Source: Squalus acanthias
Taxonomy: Eukaryota
Length of the DNA stretch: 64,000 bases
Reading direction: 5' to 3'
Assembly (NCBI GenBank): GCA_030390025.1
Contig: CM059438.1
Coordinates: 88,288,001 to 88,352,000 of the forward strand
Position 1 is the first letter of the stretch, and each line of letters opens with the position of its first letter. The notes beneath the pieces were generated by a model. That model ran no database searches, was not told the origin of the DNA, and was given only the letters and a program-made list of their open reading frames with translations. The position numbers and the translations under genes were made by a program. Shown one piece after another: positions 35,001 to 45,485 of this stretch.

Positions 35001-37176
35001 ACCCATCTCTCCAAATACAATTTCTCCCCCAAATTATGGTACACAGAACACTTAAAATCCCGTGTATCATCAATGGTTGAAGTACCAACCAGCACAGTAC
35101 TGACATAGACAATGAATTGGAAAGAAGAAGAAAGATAAATTGTGAATGTTTGCAATAGAAACAGAAAATACTAGAAAAGCACAAAAGGCCAATCAGCATT
35201 TAAAAGACAAAGTTAGGTTTATGTGGGTCCCACCCAAACTGCTAACCCATCTTTCTCTCAGGCACTGACTGGCCTGTTGCATATTACCCGAAGAAAAAAA
35301 AATGGTTCTTTGTTCCCTACGTGCCTTTAATGTCTCTCCTTGCTTCTCAATACCTCTTCCGCCCTCTTCTCACTATCATTTTCATCTTTTTTGAATTGCT
35401 CATTTGTTCTCTCGTTTCATTGTTCTGTTTCTGGTGGGATGAGGGCAGAGAGTAGGGAGGTGCAAGCGAATAGACAGATACAGAGCAGGAAAACCAACAA
35501 ACCACTGGTGGAATCAGATATCTGATCTAAACAAAAATATAGCAGCAAGACCAGGACACACAACACACAGAAGCTGGTTTAGAAGAGAACTGGTAAAGAG
35601 ACAACATAACTTTAGCCTAGGATTAAATGGTGGAACTGGTCAGAAGCCAAATAGCAGGAGCAATTCCCATGAACAAACAGCCACAGTGCAGCATGCAGGT
35701 TCATTATCAACAGTACGGAGTTAGAAAGGTTAACCGCTGGAGTGTACAGAACATATCAAAAAGGTACAGTACGCTACGATGAGGGGAACATTTTACACAG
35801 AAAAACATTTAAAAATTAATCTTTAAGTGAATTTTTCCATTTCAATTTCCCACCCTCCCCAAGTGCTAGGGTACAATGCCCTGGATACCACCTCCAAATG
35901 CCCATTCTTCATACGTGAACCTACACAATGACAACAGGCTATATGACAATAGAGACATCTCAACCAAGCCCAGTTCCGTCTTTAACCGAGGTTCACACAG
36001 ATGCATTTCCAGGTGGGGTCAGTGGACAGTAAACAGGAGCAGGAACCCTCAGTCCCCCACCCACCTCCCCCCAGCTGATTTTTCACCTTCCTTACCTAGG
36101 GTGCAGAGATCCGCTAACTCCACACAAACCAAGTATTGAACCTGGGACCTTGTGGTTCTGCCCATGCTGCATTTACCCACTAAGTTAAATGGCTGTTAAT
36201 TTATGGTAAAAGTTAGAATTCGATTTGCCTCTTCTGTCAAATATGGAGTAGAAGAACATTTCTCACGTGTATACTTTATCTTCACTGCTACAATCAGAAT
36301 TATTTTTGAGGAACAGTTACATATATCATGGAAAATAGGTTTTGTTTCTGAGAAACTTTAAAAAAAAATAAAAGATGTGCCCCAAACAACGTAATTAAAT
36401 TGAAACTTAAAGACTAAAGGCTAGTTTTTTTTTTTTTTAAACACTTTTATAAAAAAATCCATCCAGCCAGTCCCCAAAACTCAATACTCACTCCTCTCGG
36501 AATACTGCTTACATCTGCAAGATAGGCCTCCACGGAAATTCCCCATCCTCTCCTTAACTGTTTTGACAACATGACACAGGAGTATTATGTAGTGTTTTGC
36601 TCCATTTGAAAGGGAATGGTGGAAAGGATGTGAAATCATGAGTTCAGCTCAATCATCATGCTAAACAAAAAAAATCAGCTTGATGAGAAACTAGAATTTT
36701 TTTTTGGCCTAAGACGATCAAAAGGGACATCATTTTTTAAAAAATATCACCGGTTGTTTCATGCAAGGATTGTATTGCCTGCTCAGGGCAGATACAGTAC
36801 CGGTCCCTAATACAGTACCAGCTAAATAAATAACAAGGCATTGGCAATATCAGTCTGTTGAAATGTCATGGCTACGAACGTGTTAGCTTTTTTGTGATTC
36901 ATTAAAGCAGAAGTACTAATTGTGTTAAGATATTTAAACCAGCTATTTCTTTAAGTGATTCTTTTAAGTTACTGGCAGGCTTTCCATTCTGTCTATCACT
37001 CTGTTCCCCATGGAGAGCACCAGTCCCAGGAACAGAAAATCAGACACATTTCCGTTATACAAACAACAGAACAGGAGATCTGCTCAATCATTCCAGTACA
37101 GCAGGCTGCAAAAATCTGCTGAAAACTTGGCAAGATTTTTTGTTTTTTCCTTTTCCCTTACAATATAAATAAAAAT

Positions 37177-37452
37177 TCAGGCTTGTTCCTTGTCTGCTCG
37201 CCACAGCTGCTCCTTGACCTCAGACGGGAGTGTAGTGAAGAGATCGTCCTCTACCACGAGGCCGCTCCGTTTGAGTAGCCGGCATTCTCCGAGCTCCACA
37301 GGGAGACACTCTAGTCTGTTTCCACGAAGCTCCAGCTGTGTCAAGCTCGTCAGCTCGCCGACCCGTGACGGCAGTGATAGCAGGCAGTTATTCCCCAGGT
37401 TTAGGGTCCGGAGCTTACGACACTGGAAGAGTTCAGGTGGCAGTGTTTCAAT
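37177..37452 (-). CDS. LRRC8A: LRRC8A (SWELL1) last coding exon (91 aa + stop)
   Basis: IETLPPELFQCRKLR...KRSGLVVEDDLFTTLPSEVKEQLWRADKEQA*, with the diagnostic LRRC8A C-terminus; acceptor catcttgcag at 37454-37453, phase 0. Confidence 0.97.
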   Translation of the reverse strand: METLPPELFQCRKLRTLNLGNNCLLSLPSRVGELTSLTQLELRGNRLECLPVELGECRLLKRSGLVVEDDLFTTLPSEVKEQLWRADKEQA

Positions 37453-38810
37453 CTGCAAGATGCGAGGGGGGGGGGGGGGGGGGGGGGGGGCAAGAAAGAG
37501 AACAAAAATGTCAAATATTTTAACTGATGCACTTGTTGGACTGAAGTAGCATGTTAGAAAAAGAGCTTATTTATTCAGAGAATACCAAAGATTTTTTTTT
37601 ATAAACGCTCCAAGTATTTTCTCATATTATATTAGGAATTTGGAGGAAGTAATTTTCACACTGGCTATAGAACAGAAGACACACAATTAAATGTCAAAAG
37701 GATTAAAAACCATTTCTTCATTAAGGGTCTCCCAGTAAATCACTTGCACATTTTAGTCTATGTTTGGCTCCATGAACTGTAGGCATGCACAGAATATGTA
37801 CAAACTGAATACAGTAGAAAGTAGTATTTTTTATTAAGTCCATTTGGACAGCACACATCCTCTGCTTCACTGCGAGCTCGTCAATGGTGGGATTTGCACC
37901 GAGTAACTCGGGAGATTTATTTACAAAAATGCAAAACTGAGAGAAATATTTTTTGAAAGTAGTTACTTCTAATCCTCATTTTACTTTAGGAAAGATTAGT
38001 AGGTAGTCTGGCCTTATTTTATCTTTCTGCTGGCGAGAGTGGAGCAGGACTAGCATGTAGCTGCTTCCTAATAATAACTCTTTCGTGGGAAGGTTTAATT
38101 TGACATTGAAATGTTAATTAAATTGGTTTGAGAAACAAAAAACGACTTTACACTCAGCATGGGCAAAAACATGTCACAGCCGCATGTTAAAAAGGCGTCT
38201 AAGCTTTGTAAAAGTAAAGGCAAAGCCCAAATGGCGTAATTATTGGTATAACTGCTACCTGTAGTAATCTAGCAGCCGCTGCTTCAAGGATTGAGTAGCT
38301 GTAGTGCAGAACAGCTAATGGATGCCTCAGAGGAGACACCTATAAAGCCTCAACGTTCTGCTCTCACAGCAAACTTGGACTAATTAAGTTCAGACTTGCG
38401 GGGGGGGGGGGGGGGGAAAGGTAATTGGGTAAAAGAAAACGGGAAAACTGGAAAGGTTCAAAAGTTAACCAAAAGCAAAATACTGCAGACTATAAAACGT
38501 ACTTGTGTCAGATGCCAGAACTCGAGCTTAGGGCTCCAGTGATCAAATCCCAGTCATTGCACAACAGGTTGCACTCAAGCTTCCCTTACAGTTTGCCAGT
38601 CTCAACCTAGTGGAGGGTGGGACTACTTAGCATACATCTTCATGGGATAAGCAAACAGCAATATTAATGAAGTCCACAAAGATGTTTAGACTGTCCTACC
38701 CTGCTGTTTAAAAGATTGCATTGACGATGGGCAGAAGGGGGCAAAATAGATGTAAATGTAGTTGAATAGTGCACATATATTAATTATTAGAGTTGAACGC
38801 ACACACTCAC

Positions 38811-40982
38811 CCTGTTCGCAGTGACAGCGAAATACTGCAGATTCTGAAGGAATCCAATGTCCTGTGGTATGGAGGTTAGGTTATTATGACTCAAATCTAA
38901 GTACCGCAATTTGCGGCAATAGAAGAGCTGAGCGGGTATCTTTTCAATTTTGTTCCGGTTCAGGTAGAGCCTTTCCATATTGGTCAAAGTGCCAATCTGA
39001 ATGGGGATATAGGCAATGTGGTTATACCACAGCTTAAGGCAGACTAGGCGCCGTAGGTGCTGGAAGCTGATTATTTCCTCGATTGTCTTCAAGTTGTTGT
39101 CTTTGAGATCGATCTCCTGCAAGTTATGGAGACTGAAGATTGAGTGTGGGATTCGCTCCATGTCACAACGGATCAACTCCAATTCTGTCAGATTAACCAT
39201 CTTCTTTAGACTATTGAGGACCATAAGCTTGGTGCCCTCATTGTTGATGGACAATTTCTGCAGATGGACTCCAACATCCGTGACAACCTGTGGCAACTTT
39301 GTCAGGTTGCTCTTCAACCTCAAAACTTTGAGGCATTTGAGTTCCCGCAAGCCGTCAATCACAATGTAGCGATTGTTCTCCGCACTCAGATTCCCAGTTA
39401 GGTGAAGCTCTTCAAGGTTCTTCAGGCTGTAGATCCATAGAGGGATCTCTTTGATGTCTGTAAACTTAATATGTAGTGACTTCAGGTGCTCCCGTAAGAA
39501 GGCAAGAGCTGGTGCCTCAATCTTTGCTGGTGTGTGGTACAACCAGAGTTCTTTGAGGTTGGTAAGTTGGGCAATGATCGGAGGAATGGTGACATCCAGG
39601 ATCATCTCCAGTTTGAGCACTTCCAGCTCAGTCAGGTCAAAGATGGTGTCTGGGATTCCACTCAGCATGAAGAGGTGGAGCTCCAGTTTGTCCTGAGAGT
39701 TTTTCATGATCCTCTGCCGGAGTTTCTCCAGGGTCCATTCATTATTCAGATTGAGCTGCCGTAATTTGTTCTCGCTGACCTCAGACAGAAAGACGGCAAA
39801 ACGTTTCGAGTACAACGGATCGTACTGATCAATCAGGTGCAACATGAAAGCAAAATCATTCTTGACATCAGGGATGTCGCTGTAGCTGCTCTCCTCCCGA
39901 ATGGACTCGAACGAATACTTTTTCAGAGAACGCCGTAGCATCCACCAGAGTGTGTACATGCAAATGAGTCCATAGACAATCACTAAACTAATGTAAAAGG
40001 ATGCAAGGATCTTGAACAGTGTAGCTAATGGATGAGCGCACTGGTACACACGGTACCCTGTGAGGTTCTGAATGTCCACTATACAGGACACATCAAATTT
40101 TATATCATCAACATAATAAAGTGAGTAACTAATAATAAGAGCAAATTTGATTACTTTGATAATAGTCTGTCTCATGTAGAGTTGGTAAACTATATCCCCT
40201 TCCTCTACATGGGTACGGAATTTCTTTACTTTTTCAAACAGGGCTTTAGCTTGTTCGCCCTCCTTCTTATCCAGTACGCCCGTTTCTGAGCGATCAACTA
40301 TTCCCTGCTCGATGCGAGATTTTGTTCTTTGCAGCATGGGTACGCTGGCCTCCACATCCTCACTCACCGAGGAGGATTTCTTTGCCATTGAGCCATTCAT
40401 TTTAACAAATGACTGTTTCGGGTCACTCTCCTCCACCACAGTTTCAGATAGCGCCCGCGTTGTCCACGGCGAGTCAAAACATTTCAGAAGGATGGATACA
40501 AAGTGTTCCAGCTTTGAGCTGGTCCGAGGATATTTGAACCAGAAATTGCTACACACTAAGAACACCAGTGTGTGCAGAAGTACAAGGTATGGAAAGTATT
40601 TTGCAAACCAGTGAAGTTTATTCTCGTAGCATACCGCATCCACATAGTTGTACTGGTGCCGGTCCAAGTCATACTGGATACCCGTCGGTTCATTGGAAAA
40701 TGGGGGAAGGACTGAAGATGGTGGGAGGGATGCATTTGGGTATTCAGCGGTTGGCGACTCGGTGGGTAGTGGCTGAACAGGTTCAACGCACGTATTGTTC
40801 ATAACCCACTTGCAGGGTAAACAAATCATCTTGTCTTGTGTGACCTGCAGTGTGCCACCAAACACTGCTATCATAAGCATTACGATGGAGATGTAGTCCG
40901 TAAACACGTCCCACCATGGTTTCAAGATGCGGTAGGCAGGCTGGGTGTCAGCAAAATATCGTAGTTCTGTTACCGGAATCAT
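38811..40982 (-). CDS. LRRC8A: LRRC8A (SWELL1), obligatory VRAC subunit, main coding exon (724 codons; 815 aa in total)
   Basis: MIPVTELRYFADTQPAYRILKPWWDVFTDY..YDLDRHQYNYVDAVCY.., near-identical to human LRRC8A. Acceptor tctctcttaatttccag|GTGCGTG ATG (exon starts 40989); donor AGG|GTGAGT after ANR, the same intron position as in human. Confidence 0.98.
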
Positions 40983-41432
40983 CACGCACCTGGAAATTAA
41001 GAGAGAAACAAGTCATGGCAGATAACACGTGCACCTAAGGTAGTGTTCTCACTAGGATCTCAAAAGGATAATGGTGGGCACCGTAAATTTTTGCACTGCG
41101 TACACCCAGCAGCATAATTATAGATTTCACTCTTCCGAACTTGGGCTATGTCTGTATGGAAAGATTATCTTTTACTATAGAGAGTGCTACCGGTCTGTCA
41201 CAGGTGGTGGTGCTAGTGGGAGCAAATTGAGGTGATGAATTAAGAGAATCATATAAGTAGGATATCAAACATTAATGTATATAGTGTATCGCTGAGGCTT
41301 GTTTATGATAGGTTGGAGGATATGTTGAAGTATAGGCCTTTTTTTTTTATATAAGGAGAGGAACATTATGCCAGGTAATGCACAATGTATTATGATGCTG
41401 TAGCTCAGTATAACTTACATGTTCCTTTAGGG

Positions 41433-42229
41433 CAGGGGTGTTCAATCTTTTGGTGCTCAGGCTGGACCAGGACCACACGCCACAACAAGATTGAGTAGAC
41501 CGCATGATTAAAATGTGTGTGTGTCAGGCAAAATCACGATGAAATATTGGGTCCAATACAATCACTTCCACATTAACTGGAGCATGACTCACAACCACTT
41601 AAATAAAATACTTCCAAAAATCATAGGATTTGTGGTTGTTGGCAACACGGTGTGCAGTGCTCCCATTGATGCTCATTAATAAAAAAAACATACGCCCAAA
41701 TGTAAAAAGAAATCACCCATTCATAAAAAAAATCAAACACTCAAAACAGGAATTCAAACCCACATAGATAAATGGCAAATTCCAGGTAAAATTGCCTGCC
41801 TGGGCCAGGTTTCTCTTTTTGCTGGCTGGTGCTTGTTGTGCTCTATATTCCAGCTTCTGCTGGTAATCTCTACTTCCCAGCATTGTCTGGTCTTCTCTGC
41901 CGCTGTCATCCGTCACCTGGTCTGGTTTGCTCCGGTGCAGCCCACTTTTACCTCTTAGCTCTACCGATATCTGCTCCCTGAAGTTTCCGAAGGGATGAGA
42001 AGCTTTTTGAACTCATGGCCAAACAATAAAGGCTGTTCCTCGATTAGTCTAAATCTACCAATGAAGAAGCAGGCATTTCCGAACCTCCAGGGTCAGGAAA
42101 TCAAAATGCTGAAGCCAGCAGAAGACACTTATGAGCTCAAGCATGCAAAGAGAAAACAACCCGAACAGGGCTTCGAGGAATGATAATAGGAGCTCAGGTG
42201 TCCCATGGGCTGCGTCTTGGACACACCAG
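41433..42229. mobile_element. Non-autonomous hAT-Charlie-like element
   Basis: Termini CAGGGGTGTTCAA / TTGGACACACCAG (10 of 13 inverted match); 8-bp TA-centred TSD CTTTAGGG (41425-41432) / CTTTAAGG (42230-42237). Confidence 0.6.
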
Positions 42230-43522
42230 CTTTAAGGCCTTCTTTCTATTTCCATTATAAATATAGACATAAAAAAATTAGAATGGAAATATGAAAAGAT
42301 AGAATTTATGGCTTTAAAATGGTGACTGACATCTGCACAGCCTGGTCCAATTTTCCGCTACTCTCTAACCAATGTTCCCTGTAATTTTTTTTGCGCGCGG
42401 TCCCTTTAACTGGCTGCACGGCCCATTCAAATTTTCGTGCGTGTGCGGTTATTTCCATTGAAAAGCTGGTGAGCGGCCTGCGAGTGACCTCCAGACCGGG
42501 AATATTGCCTAGTATATCACGAGTATACCACGCAGATCCTCCAAGTGTCACACTTGCTTCTTGTAACCAACAACCTGTGAGAAAAGTGTTACAACATCTC
42601 CTGTAACTCACCGTGTGCAACTCAATGGAAGATCTGCTAGTAATATGATACAAGTGGTATATCCAGCTTATATTTCCCGTCTGTCACGCCAAGTATGACT
42701 CTGCAAATGTGTCGCATAAAGGCAAGTAGATATTGAAATGTACAAAGCCCCGTAACAATTGAAAATACTTTAATTGATGCAGCAGCTAGAATTAACCCAT
42801 GACTGACCTTAACAACCACACTTTTTAAAAGAAAGCCAGGGTTCTGAGCTATAACTGGAAGAGCAATAAACCGCTTGACCTCACGCAGTTTTCCTACAGC
42901 ATAGGAGCATACAGCTGCTAAAAAAAAATAGCCTTGTGACAAAACCATACAGGAGTTTTAAGGAAGTCAATATCCCACAGCACCTCGCATGATCAATTTA
43001 ATTTTACAGTAAATTAAAGCATCATTTACCCTCAGGCCTGGAGTAACGAGATATTGATTTCCCCAAACCAAGATACAGTCCAAACTCTGCCCTGATTACA
43101 CTGCAGCACATCTCCGGTATTAGAATCCAGTCTGCAGATTGATAAATGCAGATGGCTGTGAAATGACATCACACTACTGGCATCACCTGGTCCGCCAATC
43201 GCATGAATGAAAGGTGAATTTTCACGCCATTCCATACCTCAATTTACTATTAGTAGCAACCTATTTTATACCACGTATGATTTTCTCTTCCATTGAAATC
43301 AATGGCAAAGGAAATTAGGCGTGGTGTATTATCAGGTTGCTGATTTGCTATGGGCCTGTTTCGCACTACTGGCGAAGACCAATTTCATCCCTGTATTTTT
43401 GCATGGAACAAGGGGATTATATTTTCTCGGTTAATATAACATATTGCTTAAGACAGAAAGTAACATAAATAGTACAGTACTAGTAGTATGCAACTGAATA
43501 AACTTGAACATAAAAGAACATT

Positions 43523-44960
43523 TTATGACTCACCTTTATCTTTGTGAGTAGGATGAGCCTGTTTGCTAACGCTCAATTTGTGGAATCTCTGTTTAATTTT
43601 GGAGAGTTTCAAATGCAAATCATTCTCTACATTCAAGCTGCTCCTATATTTGCTTTTTGATGTAAATAAATAAAAACTCATTTCACACAGATATGTTGAG
43701 GCAAAGTGGACAAATATCTCAATGGATCTTTGGGACAACTCAGGGAACTCTTTTTGAATTAAGAGGCATAACTGATCAAGAGGCATGACTTTAAAATTGT
43801 CTGGCAAAACAGAGTCACCAACACAGTCGATCAAATTCTCTTTTAGACTCATGGGACTCTTGGCCTTTGCTACAATGTCCTCTGAAAATAAATTTTGAAG
43901 CCAGGCAAAATCCTGCAATTCATTTGCCTCTCTTTCATTCATTGAATTTTGTGCAAAGCCAAGACAAATGCTCCAGAATTACATCTTGAACTTCTAGGAC
44001 CGACATTTCGCAGTGTCCAGAATAACAAAAAACGATGTCAGGAACGTGGTTACATTGTCTTACAGCACATAGCTACTCCCTACCAAACGTTTTTGGCAAA
44101 GCTTTATACTTTTCGTGCATGATGTCAACATTACAGTTCTTCTTCTTAGGCAGTCCCTCGGAACCGAGGATGACTTGCTTCCACACTAAAAAAGAGTTCG
44201 CAGGTGACTGATGAGTCCAATGCGGGACCTGCAGTCTCTGTCACAGGTGGGGCAGACGGTGGTTGAAGGGGCGGGTGGGTGGGGTGCTTGGGTTGACGTG
44301 CGCTCCTTCCGCTTGCTCCCGGCGAAGAGACTCGAGGTGTTCGGCGCCTTCCCGGATACTTCTCCACTTTGTGCGGTCTTGGGCCAGGGATTCCCAGGTG
44401 TCGGTGGGGATGTTTCACTTTTTCAAGGAGGCTTTGAGGGTGTCCTTGAAGCGTTTCCTCTGCCCACCTGGGGCTCTCTTGCCGTGACAAAGCTCCGAGT
44501 AGAGCGCTTGTTTACAGTTCTTACCTTGCAAAGAAGCATTGAGTTCATTGAGCTTGTCAAATATATCGGCCAAAACGCCCAGTAAAACTTGGAAGTGCTG
44601 GTCGTGGAAGTGAAATGGTGATTCAGAGTCAATCAAAAACATGCAGCATTCATCCCTGAGTTTGCAGATTCTTGCCAAAACTTTACCACGAGTCAGCCAT
44701 CGAACTTCTTTGATTACTTTCATCTGTCCTTTCAGTTGAAAGAGCTTTCGTTTGGAAAAATCTCGTGGTTTATCTTTGAGGGCAGGATGTTCGATCTCCA
44801 AGTGGTGTTTTAGTTTGCTTTGTTTCATGCAATCCCGAGCAAGAAATTCAGCGCAAACAACAGATTACGGTTGACAATTTTTGGTAGACCAGCAAATGTG
44901 AATCCCAAGTCCAAGTAGGGAAGACCGTTTTTCCTGTTTTTCTTTTGCCCGACTCTACTC
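43523..44960 (-). mobile_element. Decayed hAT (Charlie/Buster/ZBED5-like) transposase, internally deleted and split by an RTE insertion
   Basis: MKQSKLKHHLEIEHPALKDKP, EVRWLTRGKVLARI, LADIFDKLNELNASLQGKN and FASTYLCEMSF..KYRSSLNVENDLHLKLS..KQAHPTH are Buster/Charlie motifs; stops and frameshifts present. Confidence 0.88.
44142..44511 (-). mobile_element. RTE-clade LINE 3' fragment with 11-bp TSD
   Basis: LYSELCHGKRAPGGQRKRFKDTLKASLK is an RTE/BovB-type C-terminal motif; (AAG)n tail; TSD TTACAGTTCTT at 44131-44141 and 44512-44522. Confidence 0.85.
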
Positions 44961-45204
44961 ACTCCTTACACAGGATCAACATCCTCAACTTTACACTTCA
45001 AAAGACGTGCCATTCCATCACAATTATCGAACACCAAATGTCCCAGTCACGTCCGTTATACAGCACGCTGCATAGTAACATCATGTACAATACCAACAAT
45101 AGGTCCCGTGAGCAGCACAAGAATCAGAAGCACCAACAATATGTAAAAAGCTCTGAACTGTGCGCCACAAGGAGCTCGGATTGGTCCATTTTCCACTTCC
45201 ACTT

Positions 45205-45485
45205 CCAAAAATGTGCGGGTTAGGTTGATTTGGCTATGATAAATTGACCCTTAGTGTTAGGGGGGGATTAAATATGTGGGGTTATGGGGATAGGATGGGA
45301 TATGTTAGGGGGAATTAAATACGTGGGGTTACGGGGGTAGGGTGGGATATGTGTACTGTGGGGATTAAAGCAGGGACAGGGTACTGGATTTGGATGATCA
45401 GCCATGATCGTATTGAATGGTGGAGCAGGCTCGACGGGCCGAATGGCCTACTCCTGCTCCTAGATTCTATGTTTCTATGTTTCTA
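45205..45485 (+). mobile_element. HE1/V-SINE-like element, 5'-truncated, with CR1-derived tail
   Basis: V-domain-like ccaaaaatgtgcgggttaggttgatttggctatgataaattgaccc, then gatcagccatgatcgtattgaatgg...cctactcctgctcc and (ttctatgt)n. Confidence 0.7.
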
